DNA of 64,000 nucleotides from Candidatus Woesearchaeota archaeon. Lineage in GTDB: Archaea > Nanobdellota > Nanobdellia > Woesearchaeales > UBA10216. The notes beneath the pieces are model-generated. The model searched no databases, had not been told where the DNA came from, and worked only from the letters and a program-made list of their open reading frames with translations. Position 1 is the stretch's first letter, and the number at the start of each line of letters is the position of its first letter. Positions 42,690-52,135 of this stretch are shown one piece after another. The stretch is taken from NCBI GenBank assembly GCA_016188155.1, contig JACPIH010000003.1, positions 2,033 through 66,032 of the forward strand. The letters run 5' to 3'. The position numbers and the translations under genes were made by a program.

Positions 42690-44800
42690 CCCATCTCCAA
42701 ACCGTTTTGTCTCGCTTCCTCATCAGCGTAAATAGTTCCTTTCTCATCAGCAGCAAGCCTTCCCTCAGCCAACATCTTTATCGTTTCAGGGTAAACCTTC
42801 CAGTCCCCTTGTTCCTTCAGCTTTTCCTGGTATTCGTGAGCTATTTTGTCTAGTTCTTCCTCGTTGCTGCTGCGGATATTAGTAATATCAAGCCTGACAG
42901 GTTTCGAAACGAGCAACACCTGCCCTTGGTCAACATTTTCTGTCACAATGTGCGTCGTTGACCTTGCCTCTTTCTCTCCATTTATCATCGCTTTTTTTAT
43001 GCACTCAGAGCCCATGCAGCCTGCGTATTTTCTTCCTCCGCTTTCATCTTTTATCCTCAAATCGGCCGGGTGCACATTTACCGTAAGAAAGCTGCCAATA
43101 ACTGGTTTTGTTATGATGCTCATGTAGCCGCACAGCGCGACAATGTCTGCCTTGTGCATTCTCAGCAGCTTTGCGGTTTCGGCGTCGTACTGCTGCCGGA
43201 TTTTCATGTCTTTCTTGTCGCTGTAGCCGAGCTTTGCGTAATATTCCCTTATGTCGTTGCAGTAGTACGCCACTTTGTATTCTGCGGCAATCTTTTTTGC
43301 GTTGCATATTTTCTCATCCGCTGTGTCGGTAAAAATCATCACAACCTTGAAAAGTTCCTTTCCCTGCTGTTTTAGTTGCTGCTGCAGCTCCAGTATCCTC
43401 CTTAAGTTGCTTCCTGAGCCTGACATGAAAGCAGCTACTTTCATGGGCTCGCTTTTTGGCGTGTATAGGAGTTTTAATGTGGTTTTCCCAGTCAGCCGCT
43501 TGACGTGCTCAACCCTTTTCTGCACGAGCTGCCATGTTCCGATGTCCTTCCTGTGGAACACCCCGCCTTTCACCATTGAGGCAGCTTCCTCAGCAATCTT
43601 TTCTGCTGCTGAAATCGTGTCCGCTATTCCAACGAATGCAACTCCCCGTGATTTTGTGGTGTATACGCCGTCGGCCTTCTCTTCAACAGCAGCATAGTAA
43701 ACCAGTGCCTTGATGCAGTCCTTTTCCACGCTTGGCACTTCTATCTTGCCAATAACTGGATTGTCAGGGTATCCTTCCGGAACTACATACTTACACACCG
43801 TCGCTTTGTTTTCAAATTCCACTTTTAGCCCTGACAATTTTCCCTCTGCTGTTGCCTCGCATACCTCAACAAAATTTGTCTTAAGCAGAGGCAGAACGTT
43901 CATCGCTTCAGGGTCGCCAAATCTCGCGTTGTACTCAAGCAGCTTTATCCCTGCAGCAGTTTTCATGAAGCCGCCATACATTATGCCCTTGTAGCTTGTT
44001 CTGGTCTCTTTTTTTAGCGCGGCCGCTACTTTTTCAGTGATTTTTTTTGCCTGTTCAACATCTTCGGCAGTCAAAAACGGCAGCAGGAAATTTGAATCTG
44101 AATAGCTTCCCATCCCGCCTGTGTTTGGCCCTGTGTCGCCATCAAATGCCCTCTTGTGGTCCTGAACTGCAGGAAAGTGAATAAAGCCTCCGTTGCCGTC
44201 AGTTAGCGTCTGCAAGCTGAATTCCTCTCCGTCCAGCTTTTCTTCTACCACGACTGCGTTGTGTGAGTTCAGTATTTCGTTGCAGTAATCCAGCGCTTCA
44301 TCGTTGCTGCTGAGGTGCTCTCCTGATACCTTCACGCCCTTTCCGCCGGTTAAGCCGTCAGGTTTTACTACGTAGCTTCCTAATTCTTTCAGGTAATCTG
44401 CTGCAGCATTCTTTTTGGTAAATATTCTGAATCTGGGCAGCCCTTCAATGCCGTACTTCTGCATCAGGTTTCGTGTGAATCCTTTGCTTGTTTCAAGCTG
44501 TGCCAGCTGCCTTGTCGGGCCTACACATTTTATCCCTGCTTTTTCAAGCTCATCAACTATCCCTGCAGCCAGTGGCGCTTCTGGCCCTATTACCGCGATT
44601 TCAACCCCATTTTCTTTTGCAAACTTAACAGCCGCAGCAACATCATCGGCTTTCCCAACAGTAAACGTCTTGGCAATCCTCTTTATTCCGGGATTCAAAA
44701 GCTGCATGTAAGCGTAAAGCTCAGACCCTCCGGCAATCAGCGCGTCAGCTATCGCGTGCTCCCTCGCGCCGCTTCCTACAAGTAAGACTTTTGTTTTCAC
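42686..44800 (-). CDS. purD: Fusion of GAR synthetase (PurD) and GAR formyltransferase-like (PurN) domains
   Basis: N-terminus VLLVGSGAREHAIA...GGMGSY. C-terminus AAFMSGSGSNL...VNVHPADL. Confidence 0.85.
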   Translation of the reverse strand: MKTKVLLVGSGAREHAIADALIAGGSELYAYMQLLNPGIKRIAKTFTVGKADDVAAAVKFAKENGVEIAVIGPEAPLAAGIVDELEKAGIKCVGPTRQLAQLETSKGFTRNLMQKYGIEGLPRFRIFTKKNAAADYLKELGSYVVKPDGLTGGKGVKVSGEHLSSNDEALDYCNEILNSHNAVVVEEKLDGEEFSLQTLTDGNGGFIHFPAVQDHKRAFDGDTGPNTGGMGSYSDSNFLLPFLTAEDVEQAKKITEKVAAALKKETRTSYKGIMYGGFMKTAAGIKLLEYNARFGDPEAMNVLPLLKTNFVEVCEATAEGKLSGLKVEFENKATVCKYVVPEGYPDNPVIGKIEVPSVEKDCIKALVYYAAVEEKADGVYTTKSRGVAFVGIADTISAAEKIAEEAASMVKGGVFHRKDIGTWQLVQKRVEHVKRLTGKTTLKLLYTPKSEPMKVAAFMSGSGSNLRRILELQQQLKQQGKELFKVVMIFTDTADEKICNAKKIAAEYKVAYYCNDIREYYAKLGYSDKKDMKIRQQYDAETAKLLRMHKADIVALCGYMSIITKPVIGSFLTVNVHPADLRIKDESGGRKYAGCMGSECIKKAMINGEKEARSTTHIVTENVDQGQVLLVSKPVRLDITNIRSSNEEELDKIAHEYQEKLKEQGDWKVYPETIKMLAEGRLAADEKGTIYADEEARQNGLEMG

Positions 44801-44833
44801 GACTTAACCCCCACCAGATAAATAATCGCTGAA

Positions 44834-46226
44834 TCAGCACTTCGAAGTTATCTGTGCAATGTGTTTCTTTCTTAGGCTGGTGAGCTCTTTGGTATGCTCT
44901 GTGGTTGTTGGGTATTCGCCTGTTACGCATGCTGTGCAGAGCTTGTCGGTTCCAACTGCCTTTCGCAGCCCTTCTACGTCCATGTAAATAAGCTTGTCAG
45001 CTCCCATCTCCTTTTCAACCTCTTCGATTGTTTTGCCGTGGGCAATAAGCTCTTCTTCCCGCTGGAAGTCTATTCCGTAGTAGCATGGGTTCCTTATTGG
45101 AGGAAATGTTGAGAGGAAGTAGACTTTCTTGGCTCCTGACTCCCGCAGCAGCTGTACAATCCTTTTAGAAGTAGTTCCTCGGACAATGCTGTCGTCAACA
45201 ACCACGATGTTCTTGCCCTTTATTACAGACTCAATGGGCTTAAGCTTCAGCTTCATTGCATTCTCCCTCAGCTTCTGCACAGGCATTATGAATGTCCTCC
45301 CAATGTACCTGTTCTTAATCAGCCCTTCCTCATAAGGCACTCCCAGTGCCTTTGCAAGCGAATTTGCCGCTGCCCTGCTCGTGTCCGGAACAGGTATCAC
45401 AACGTCAACTTCCAGGTCAGGCCAGTGCTTCTTGACTTTTGCAGCCAGCTCCTCGCCCAGCTTTTTCCTGACCTCGTAAATCGGTCTGCCCTCATAGACA
45501 GACTCGACAGTAGAAAAATAAACATACTCGAACACGCACGGAGCTGGTATACCTGATTCCAGTATCCTTGAATGCTGTTTCATGTTTTTGTCAACAAACA
45601 CTGCTTCTCCGGGCTTCAGGTCTCTTATATTTTCGTAGCCCTGTATGCTCAGGGCAATGCTCTCTGAGGCAAATGCGCAGATTTTTTTGCCGTTAACCTT
45701 TTTTTCACCAATTAGCAGGGGTCTTATGCCATTAGGGTCCCTAAAAGCTGTGATGCCCTTGTTTGCTACTAGTGCGACAACAGAATACCCGCCTATTACC
45801 TCCTTGTGAACTTCCTTCACAGCGTTAAAAACAGCTTCGTGGCCATCTCCATTGCCTTTTCCGTAAGCGTCTCCGAACACCTGAAGCAGGACTTCAGCGT
45901 CAGAATTTGAGCTGAGGTAAACCCTTTTCTTCCTCAGCTTCTCCTTCAGCACAGGGTAATTTACTATGTTGCCGTTGAACGCGAGCCCTATGCCGTCAGG
46001 GTAGCGGTTGAACCATCTGGCCGTTTACTGTGAGAAGCTTTGCCTCGCTGAAAACATCAGAAACAAGCCCTATGTTCTTGCTTATCTTTATTCCATTGTC
46101 GGGATCATTAAAGTCAAAGGTTATAACGCCGGCAGCATCCTGCCCGCGGTGCTGCAGGTGGACAAGTCCAACATAGAGCTCTGCTGCAGCGTTTTGGGCT
46201 CCAATGACAGCGAATATCCCGCACAT
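44834..46226 (-). pseudogene. purF: Amidophosphoribosyltransferase, interrupted by a frame change near 45996 and lacking the GHVRYST segment (pseudogene or assembly error)
   Basis: N-terminal fragment MCGIFAV..LQHRGQDAAG..GLVSDVF...VQPLP* (45996..46226). Homology resumes in another frame: PDGIGLAFNGNIVNY...SNSDAEV...VDDSIVRGTT (44834..about 46000). Confidence 0.8.
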
Positions 46227-46320
46227 AAAAAACACCTTAAAGCTGACGTATCGCTATTCCTTCGCTGCAACAATCGCGGATAAAGCCTGATAAGTGCCTT
46301 ATCCGTAATCGCTGAATAAA

Positions 46321-46367
46321 GTGCAAATCTGTAGTTATTTATATACGTTTTGCACATGATTGTGCAA
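46321..46367 (-). promoter_or_regulatory. purF promoter region: TATA (46336..46347) flanked by the palindrome TTGCACA-tgat-TGTGCAA (46350..46367) and a downstream TTTGCAC (46321..46327, minus-strand sense)
   Basis: Read directly from the sequence. The same TTTGCAC-to-TATA spacing occurs at 49995..50020. Confidence 0.45.
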
Positions 46368-46385
46368 CTGCTGTTCGTTAATCAT

Positions 46386-47624
46386 TTAGTGCCTGAATAC
46401 CCTTTGCCCGGTGAATACCATGGCCATGCCGTGCTCGTTGCAGGCCTCAATTACTTCATAATCCCTGATTGAGCCGCCGGGCTGGATTATGGCCGTAACC
46501 CCAGCTTTTGCAGCAACATCTGCTGTGTCCCTGAATGGCAAGAAGCCGTCTGAGGCGAGGACTGACCCCTTGAGGCCGGCGTTAGTGGCTGATACCTCCT
46601 TCCAAATAACATCCATTCTTTCTTTGTCCTTTACCTGCCACAATGGGAGCTCGTATTTTTCAAAGCTTACCCTATCGGCTGCCTTTTTGTAAGCTTTTGA
46701 AATTGCCAATTCAGTTGCCCCCACCCTGTCCTGCTCTCCTGCCCCAATAGCGATTGTTATCTTGTCCTTGGCGAAGACCATAGAGTTTGAGATCACTCCT
46801 TGGCAGACTTTCCAGGCAAATATCATGTCCTCAATTTCCGCAGTGGTGGCCTTCCTTTTCACTTTGTACTGCTTTCCTTGGTGCTCTGCTTCTGCCGCGC
46901 CAAGTTCGGGCGCCTTTATCTCATTGTCAGCGGATTGCTGGAGTATTATTCCGCCGTCGAGCAGCGCTTTGAATTCTATAAATCTCTTTTTCCTGTACTC
47001 CTGAAGGGTCGCAAGCTTCTTTATGGTGATGAGTCTCATATTCTTTTTGGATGTAAGGATTTCCATGGCTGCTTTATTAAATTCAGGAGCAGCCACAACC
47101 TCAACGTAATTTTTGACAATCTCTTCCGCTGTTGCCTTGTCAAGCTTCCCGTTCACTACCACAACTCCGCCGAATGCAGCTAGTCTGTCCGTAATATTAG
47201 CAGCAATATATGCGTCTGAAATATTATTCCTGCTCGCAACCCCTGATGGGTTGTTGTGCTTCATTATCACCGCAGTGGGCTCGTCGAAATATTTGAGGAT
47301 GTTCAGCGCCGCATCAACATCGGTAAGGTTGCTTTTTCCCAGGCTTTTGCCCGTCTCCACAAGCTCTTTTTCGGTAAGGTTGCTTATCATCGCATCCTTT
47401 GGAGAAATTTTGCACCCTGCAATGTCCCAGTTTCCCTCGGCGAGCTCGTAGAGTGCTGCTTCCTGCCCCGGATTGTCGCCGTACCTCAGCCCGATTTTTT
47501 TGCCTTCAACACTCCATTGCTTTTTTTTGTATTTCAGTTTGGAATTTCCAAGGATTATTACCATTTCATTCGGGAAGCTGTCGCCGGCTGCTTCCTTGTA
47601 GATGCTCTTATTCGGTTTAGCCAT
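46386..47624 (-). CDS. purH: AICAR transformylase domain protein (C-terminal half of a split PurH)
   Basis: LRYGDNPGQ, KHNNPSG, GAGEQDRV, IIQPGGSIRD. Confidence 0.85.
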   Translation of the reverse strand: MAKPNKSIYKEAAGDSFPNEMVIILGNSKLKYKKKQWSVEGKKIGLRYGDNPGQEAALYELAEGNWDIAGCKISPKDAMISNLTEKELVETGKSLGKSNLTDVDAALNILKYFDEPTAVIMKHNNPSGVASRNNISDAYIAANITDRLAAFGGVVVVNGKLDKATAEEIVKNYVEVVAAPEFNKAAMEILTSKKNMRLITIKKLATLQEYRKKRFIEFKALLDGGIILQQSADNEIKAPELGAAEAEHQGKQYKVKRKATTAEIEDMIFAWKVCQGVISNSMVFAKDKITIAIGAGEQDRVGATELAISKAYKKAADRVSFEKYELPLWQVKDKERMDVIWKEVSATNAGLKGSVLASDGFLPFRDTADVAAKAGVTAIIQPGGSIRDYEVIEACNEHGMAMVFTGQRVFRH

Positions 47625-47625
47625 T

Positions 47626-48276
47626 TTAATCAGCCTTGTATTCTTTTTTCACAGAGGCTGTAGTCAGCCTATTGTAATAACCGCTGATGTTGCCTATGTA
47701 AGCGCTCAGGTAATCCATTGCCGTCTTCGCGAGCTGCAGCCTTATATCAATGCCGCACCAGCCTCCATTTTTCCTCATTATTTCAAGCAGCTTCTCATAG
47801 TCAACAGGGCTAACAACAACAGCAACTCTAAGAAAGTTTTTGGCAGCTGCCTCTATAAGACTCACGCCGCCAATGTCAATGTTCGTTCTTGCCTTCTCCA
47901 TGTTTCCCACCTCTGCCGCACCTGCAAAAGGGTATAAATTCACAACAACAAGGTCAAACGCAACAGCATTGTTTTCTTCAAGGTATTTTCGTTGCTGTTC
48001 GTCATCCAAATCAGCCAAAATCCCCGCATGTATTTTCGGGTGAAGTGTTTTTACAAGCCCGGCAGGCATTTCCTTTGTGCTTGTGTATTCTGAGATTTCC
48101 AGCAAGTTAGCAGCTGCTATGGCTTTTTTCAATTCGTTGAATGTGCCGCTGCTGCAGTAAATCCTGACATTGGGGTTTATTTTCGCCAGCTCAGCAGCGA
48201 AATACTTCAGCCCCGTCTTGTCGTGGCAGCTTATTAGTACGTTGTTTATCCTTACAGCATCTTTTGCAGTTGTCAT
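47626..48276 (-). CDS. purH: IMP cyclohydrolase / MGS-like domain protein (N-terminal half of a split PurH)
   Basis: LISCHDKTGL, SSGT, VKTLHPKIHAGIL, DLVVVNLYPF, NIDIGG. Confidence 0.8.
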   Translation of the reverse strand: MTTAKDAVRINNVLISCHDKTGLKYFAAELAKINPNVRIYCSSGTFNELKKAIAAANLLEISEYTSTKEMPAGLVKTLHPKIHAGILADLDDEQQRKYLEENNAVAFDLVVVNLYPFAGAAEVGNMEKARTNIDIGGVSLIEAAAKNFLRVAVVVSPVDYEKLLEIMRKNGGWCGIDIRLQLAKTAMDYLSAYIGNISGYYNRLTTASVKKEYKAD

Positions 48277-49667
48277 TGCAGATACGCCTTCGTCCTTTTC
48301 AGGACGTCCTTCACAACAGTCATTTCCCTTTGGGGTCCTACGGATATCATGGAAACTGGAGTTCCTGTTGAAGCAACAAGTTCCTTTACATATTCTTTCA
48401 TTCCCTGCGGCAGGGCGTCATACCCTTTGGCAACAGCGTTTTTCATCTCTTCTCCTGTCATCTGCTGCCAGAAATACTCCTTCTTGCCGTAAACAGGCTT
48501 CCACCCTTCAAGCTTGAACGGGAACCTTGTCGTTTTCTTGCCATCTTTCTCGTAGGCAACTGCGGCCCTGAATGGCTTTCCGGAGAGAACGTCAATCTTG
48601 GTTATTACCCATTCGTCAACGCCGTTAATCATTCCAGAATACCTTAGCGCGACAAAGTCAGGAAAGCCGGTCCTTCTCGGCCTTCCGGTTGTTGCCCCGA
48701 ATTCCCTTCCGTCCTGCCTTATCCATTTTCCGAGCAGCTTAAGGTCCCCGTCAACAGCTTTCTTTTTCTCTGCAGCAGTCAGAATTTCCCCTTTTCTCTC
48801 TCTTTTGGCATCCTCGTAGTTCCCAAGCTCGGTTGGGAAGTGGCCCTCGCCAACTCTTGTAGGATACGCCTTTGCAATCGCAATTATTTTGAACTTTCTC
48901 AAATCAATGCCTAAATTAGCTGCGGCCCCTCCTGCTGTGCAGTTAGATGAGGTCACGTAAGGCCTTGTGCCATGGACAACATCCAGCAGCGTTGCCTGTG
49001 CGCCTTCCAGAAGCATTGTTTTTCCGGCTGCAAGCGCTTCATTCAGCTCGTAAGCGCAGCTTCCTACATACTGCTTTAGCTTTTCAGAGTACTTGGCATA
49101 TTCAGCGTAAATCTCATCGGCGTATCTGTTTAAGTCGGCAGCCCTTTCTACAACTTTATTTGCAACAAGCTCGTTCGCTTTTGCAGCAATAACAGCTTTT
49201 ATCTTTTCTTTGAAGTTCCCGCCAACTAAGTTATAAATGGTTATGTCCTCTGTTCTGGATGCCTTGTCCTCTGCTACGGGCCCTATGCCCCTTTTCGTTG
49301 TGCCGAGTTTCCCGCTTGCTTCCCCGCCAGCATCCAGCGCAATGTGATAAGGCATTATCAGATGGGCTCTTTCGTCAATCAGTATCTTTCCAGTTGCTTT
49401 GAAGCCGGCTTTGATAACAGAATCGTAGTCTGAAAAAAACGTTTTTGGGTTGAAGAAAACATCAGGGCCTATCGCAACGTTCTTGCCCTGGATTACCCCG
49501 GCTGGCAGCACATGCAGTATTACCTCTTTCCCATTGGCAACAATAGTATGGCCTGCGTTGTCCCCACCATTGAACCTCACAACCCAGTCAGAGCCAGCAG
49601 CCAGCAGGTCAACTATCTTGCCTTTGCCCTCATCCCCCCAGTAAGCCCCAACAACAACGGCGTTCAT
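48273..49667 (-). CDS. purA: Adenylosuccinate synthetase
   Basis: GAYWGDEGKGKIVD, GGDNAGHT, GTTKRGIGP, GATTGRPRR. Confidence 0.9.
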   Translation of the reverse strand: MNAVVVGAYWGDEGKGKIVDLLAAGSDWVVRFNGGDNAGHTIVANGKEVILHVLPAGVIQGKNVAIGPDVFFNPKTFFSDYDSVIKAGFKATGKILIDERAHLIMPYHIALDAGGEASGKLGTTKRGIGPVAEDKASRTEDITIYNLVGGNFKEKIKAVIAAKANELVANKVVERAADLNRYADEIYAEYAKYSEKLKQYVGSCAYELNEALAAGKTMLLEGAQATLLDVVHGTRPYVTSSNCTAGGAAANLGIDLRKFKIIAIAKAYPTRVGEGHFPTELGNYEDAKRERKGEILTAAEKKKAVDGDLKLLGKWIRQDGREFGATTGRPRRTGFPDFVALRYSGMINGVDEWVITKIDVLSGKPFRAAVAYEKDGKKTTRFPFKLEGWKPVYGKKEYFWQQMTGEEMKNAVAKGYDALPQGMKEYVKELVASTGTPVSMISVGPQREMTVVKDVLKRTKAYLQ

Positions 49668-49981
49668 CTGACAGCTTCCCTCAGGCCGTAAACTCTTTGC
49701 TTACAAACTCCTTGTAATTCTTCTAACCTTGCCAAGAACTCATTTAACTGCTGCTGTGCCTCTTCATACGTGTTTCCATGAGGGAAAACAATGAGTTTTC
49801 GTGTAGTTTTTACCGTTCCTTCCTTATCCTGCCTTTCCATCATAGGGTGGTGATAGCTATGGCAGTTAAGAAATTCTACTGTAAGATTAGATGAGCTTAA
49901 CCCATCCGCCAGGCTTTTTGCTTGAGGTATTGACATGGCTGGAAGTTCAACGATAGAATGCAGGTCTGTGCTCATTGTCAT
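49664..49981 (-). CDS. Hypothetical protein (about 105 aa from MTMSTD), translationally coupled to purA
   Basis: ORF only; 4-nt overlap with the purA start. The longer ORF (to 50131) would overrun the divergent promoter. Confidence 0.4.
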   Translation of the reverse strand: MTMSTDLHSIVELPAMSIPQAKSLADGLSSSNLTVEFLNCHSYHHPMMERQDKEGTVKTTRKLIVFPHGNTYEEAQQQLNEFLARLEELQGVCKQRVYGLREAVR

Positions 49982-49992
49982 TGCCCCCTCTC

Positions 49993-50020
49993 GTGTGCAA
50001 ACAGGCAAACGTTTAAATAG
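49993..50020 (-). promoter_or_regulatory. Promoter of the hyp-purA-purH operon: TATA-like GTTTAAATAG (50011..50020), then GTTTGCCTGTTTGCACAC downstream in the minus-strand sense
   Basis: TTTGCAC lies 14-20 nt from the TATA centre, as at the purF promoter. Confidence 0.4.
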
Positions 50021-50042
50021 GTTTTGGGCATGCTTATGTAAC

Positions 50043-50771
50043 ATGCCTGCCCAGCCTAAACTTAGTGCCCTTGAGGAGACGAAGCTCAAGCTTCTGGCTG
50101 TTGACTGCCTCAAGGCAATGAAGGAGCACAAAACATTTAGAGCCTTGTCCAGAGAGTTCTCGCTTCCTGTGGGGGTGCTTAGCCGCTATATTAACGGCAA
50201 CGTCCTGCCAAAAGCAGCCAGGGCTGAGAAGATAGTGTCATATTTCACAAGGAGCCACCTGTCAAAGCTGCTTGACTCTGCCAAGAATAGGAGCTCAAAG
50301 TTTATTGTTACCGCAGACCTGCTGTCGCAGCCTTTCCTCATGAATGTTATAGCATTTAACGCTTTGAAATCCTTTTCGGCAGTTGCTGCCTCCAATAAGA
50401 TTGATGCTGTGCTCACTGCAGCAGTTGATGGCATACCATTGGCTTCTGCACTTGCTAATTTACTGAGCGCTAAATGCATTTATGCCAAAAGGACACAGGA
50501 AATCGCGTTTTCCGACCATTACGTTTCTAAGGGCACAGCGGCAAAGCCAATAGCTTCTCCTTTTTACCTTCCCAAATCGCTGTTGAAAAGAAACGATAAC
50601 GTCCTTATTGTGGATGATGTCATCCGTGCCGGAACTACCTTTGACGCGCTGACTAGTATCTGCAGCCAGGCCAAGGCCAACGTCATAGGCATCTTTGCAC
50701 TTTTCATTACAGCCTCAGCATATAGGGAGCTTAAGAAATCCAACAAGGTCCACTACCTTTCCCTTATCTAG
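50043..50771 (+). CDS. HTH plus phosphoribosyltransferase-domain regulator (PurR/GfcR-like architecture)
   Basis: N-terminus FRALSREFSLPVGVLSRYING (HTH). C-terminus VLIVDDVIRAGTT, a PRPP-binding loop. Divergent from the purA operon. Confidence 0.65.
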   Translation: MPAQPKLSALEETKLKLLAVDCLKAMKEHKTFRALSREFSLPVGVLSRYINGNVLPKAARAEKIVSYFTRSHLSKLLDSAKNRSSKFIVTADLLSQPFLMNVIAFNALKSFSAVAASNKIDAVLTAAVDGIPLASALANLLSAKCIYAKRTQEIAFSDHYVSKGTAAKPIASPFYLPKSLLKRNDNVLIVDDVIRAGTTFDALTSICSQAKANVIGIFALFITASAYRELKKSNKVHYLSLI

Positions 50772-50786
50772 AAGGATAATTTTTAC

Positions 50787-51296
50787 TTACAGCTGCCTCA
50801 ATTTAATCAGTTCTGCATTATTTGTTGCAGTGTCATATACCGCTATACCCATTCCTTTTATCTTGTCGCTCGTTTCATCAACTAGGGTTCCCGGGTTCAG
50901 CCACAAAGTTTTCCCTTCATTTTTGACGTGGGCTATGTGAGTATGGCCGGAAAAGACAGCATCATATTTTCCCGACTTCAGAGCATTTTCTAGCAGCTGA
51001 GGAATGTGTCCGTGAGTGACAAATATCTTTCTTCCATCAACAGCTATTTCCATTTTTTCATCACAATATTCAATAAAGCCCCCATTCCTTTCCCTATGCA
51101 TGTTTTTGTCGCCGTCGTTGTTGCCAAAAACCCCTTTAGTAGGGCATTTCAATGCAGAAAACCTTGCTGCAGAGAACGGTGAAACCCAGTCGCCGCAATG
51201 CACTACAAGCCCAACTTTTTCCTTGTTGAAAACACCTATGGCTTCAAGAATCCGCAGCCGTTGGTCGTGGGTATCAGAAATAACTCCGATTTTCAT
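50787..51296 (-). CDS. YfcE/MJ0936-family metallophosphoesterase
   Basis: MKIGVISDTHD, HCGDW, GNNDGD, VTHGH, SGHTH. Confidence 0.75.
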   Translation of the reverse strand: MKIGVISDTHDQRLRILEAIGVFNKEKVGLVVHCGDWVSPFSAARFSALKCPTKGVFGNNDGDKNMHRERNGGFIEYCDEKMEIAVDGRKIFVTHGHIPQLLENALKSGKYDAVFSGHTHIAHVKNEGKTLWLNPGTLVDETSDKIKGMGIAVYDTATNNAELIKLRQL

Positions 51297-52135
51297 CTCA
51301 ATTTTCCTATTTCCGCGTTTAGCTCCTTCACTGCTTTTCCTGCAGCCGCAACGTAATCACCGCCACCGTATCTTTCGTAAGCATAGCTTATTCCGCTGCT
51401 GCTGTTTATCCTGTGAAGCCTAATGTCACTGTTAATTTTTTTAAGCGTTGCAGCTACGTCCTTAGCACTTCCTCCCTGGGCACCAACGCCAGGTATCAGC
51501 ATTGGAACTTTTTTCCTTGCTGCCACGAAAAATTTCGCTATCTTTTCCAGCTCGGCAGTGTTTGTTGCCCCGACAACTGCTCCCACTCCTGGCTTGTGCC
51601 ATTTAATCACGTTTGCAGCGGTTTCCATGAACAGCTTCCTTCCAGTTTCGGTGCGCAGCTGCTGCAAATCATTAGCGCCGGGATTTGAAGTCCTCACCAG
51701 CACATAGACTCCTTTTCCCCCGCCGCAATAATTTATGAAAGGCGCGACGCTGTCAGACCCCATGTAGGGGCTTACGGTAACAGCGTCTGCCCTCCATACC
51801 TCAAACACCTCTTTTGAGTATGCCTCGCTGCTCTTTCCAATATCGCCTCTCTTGGCGTCAAGTATTACTGGTAGTTTCTTTTTTTTGGCAGCAGCAATAA
51901 CTGCTTCCATAGCCTTCAGCCCAGGAAATCCGTACTGTGCAAAAAAAGCGTAGTTTGGTTTTACTGCCGCAATTCCGTCAGCAACGGCAGTCAGTATCTC
52001 CATATAGAACTTTACTATCCTTATCCCGATGTCGCTGCCTTTGACAGGAATCTTTTCAATTATGGGGTCCATCCCGAAGCAAACTATGCTGTTATTCCTG
52101 CTGGCCGTGTTCTCAAGGAGTTCGGGGAAGTTCAT
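51293..52135 (-). CDS. pyrF: Orotidine-5'-phosphate decarboxylase (type 2, long form)
   Basis: FGMDP, ILDAKRGDIG, IPGVGAQGG. ATG at 52135 overlaps the upstream stop (ATGA). Confidence 0.85.
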   Translation of the reverse strand: MNFPELLENTASRNNSIVCFGMDPIIEKIPVKGSDIGIRIVKFYMEILTAVADGIAAVKPNYAFFAQYGFPGLKAMEAVIAAAKKKKLPVILDAKRGDIGKSSEAYSKEVFEVWRADAVTVSPYMGSDSVAPFINYCGGGKGVYVLVRTSNPGANDLQQLRTETGRKLFMETAANVIKWHKPGVGAVVGATNTAELEKIAKFFVAARKKVPMLIPGVGAQGGSAKDVAATLKKINSDIRLHRINSSSGISYAYERYGGGDYVAAAGKAVKELNAEIGKLR

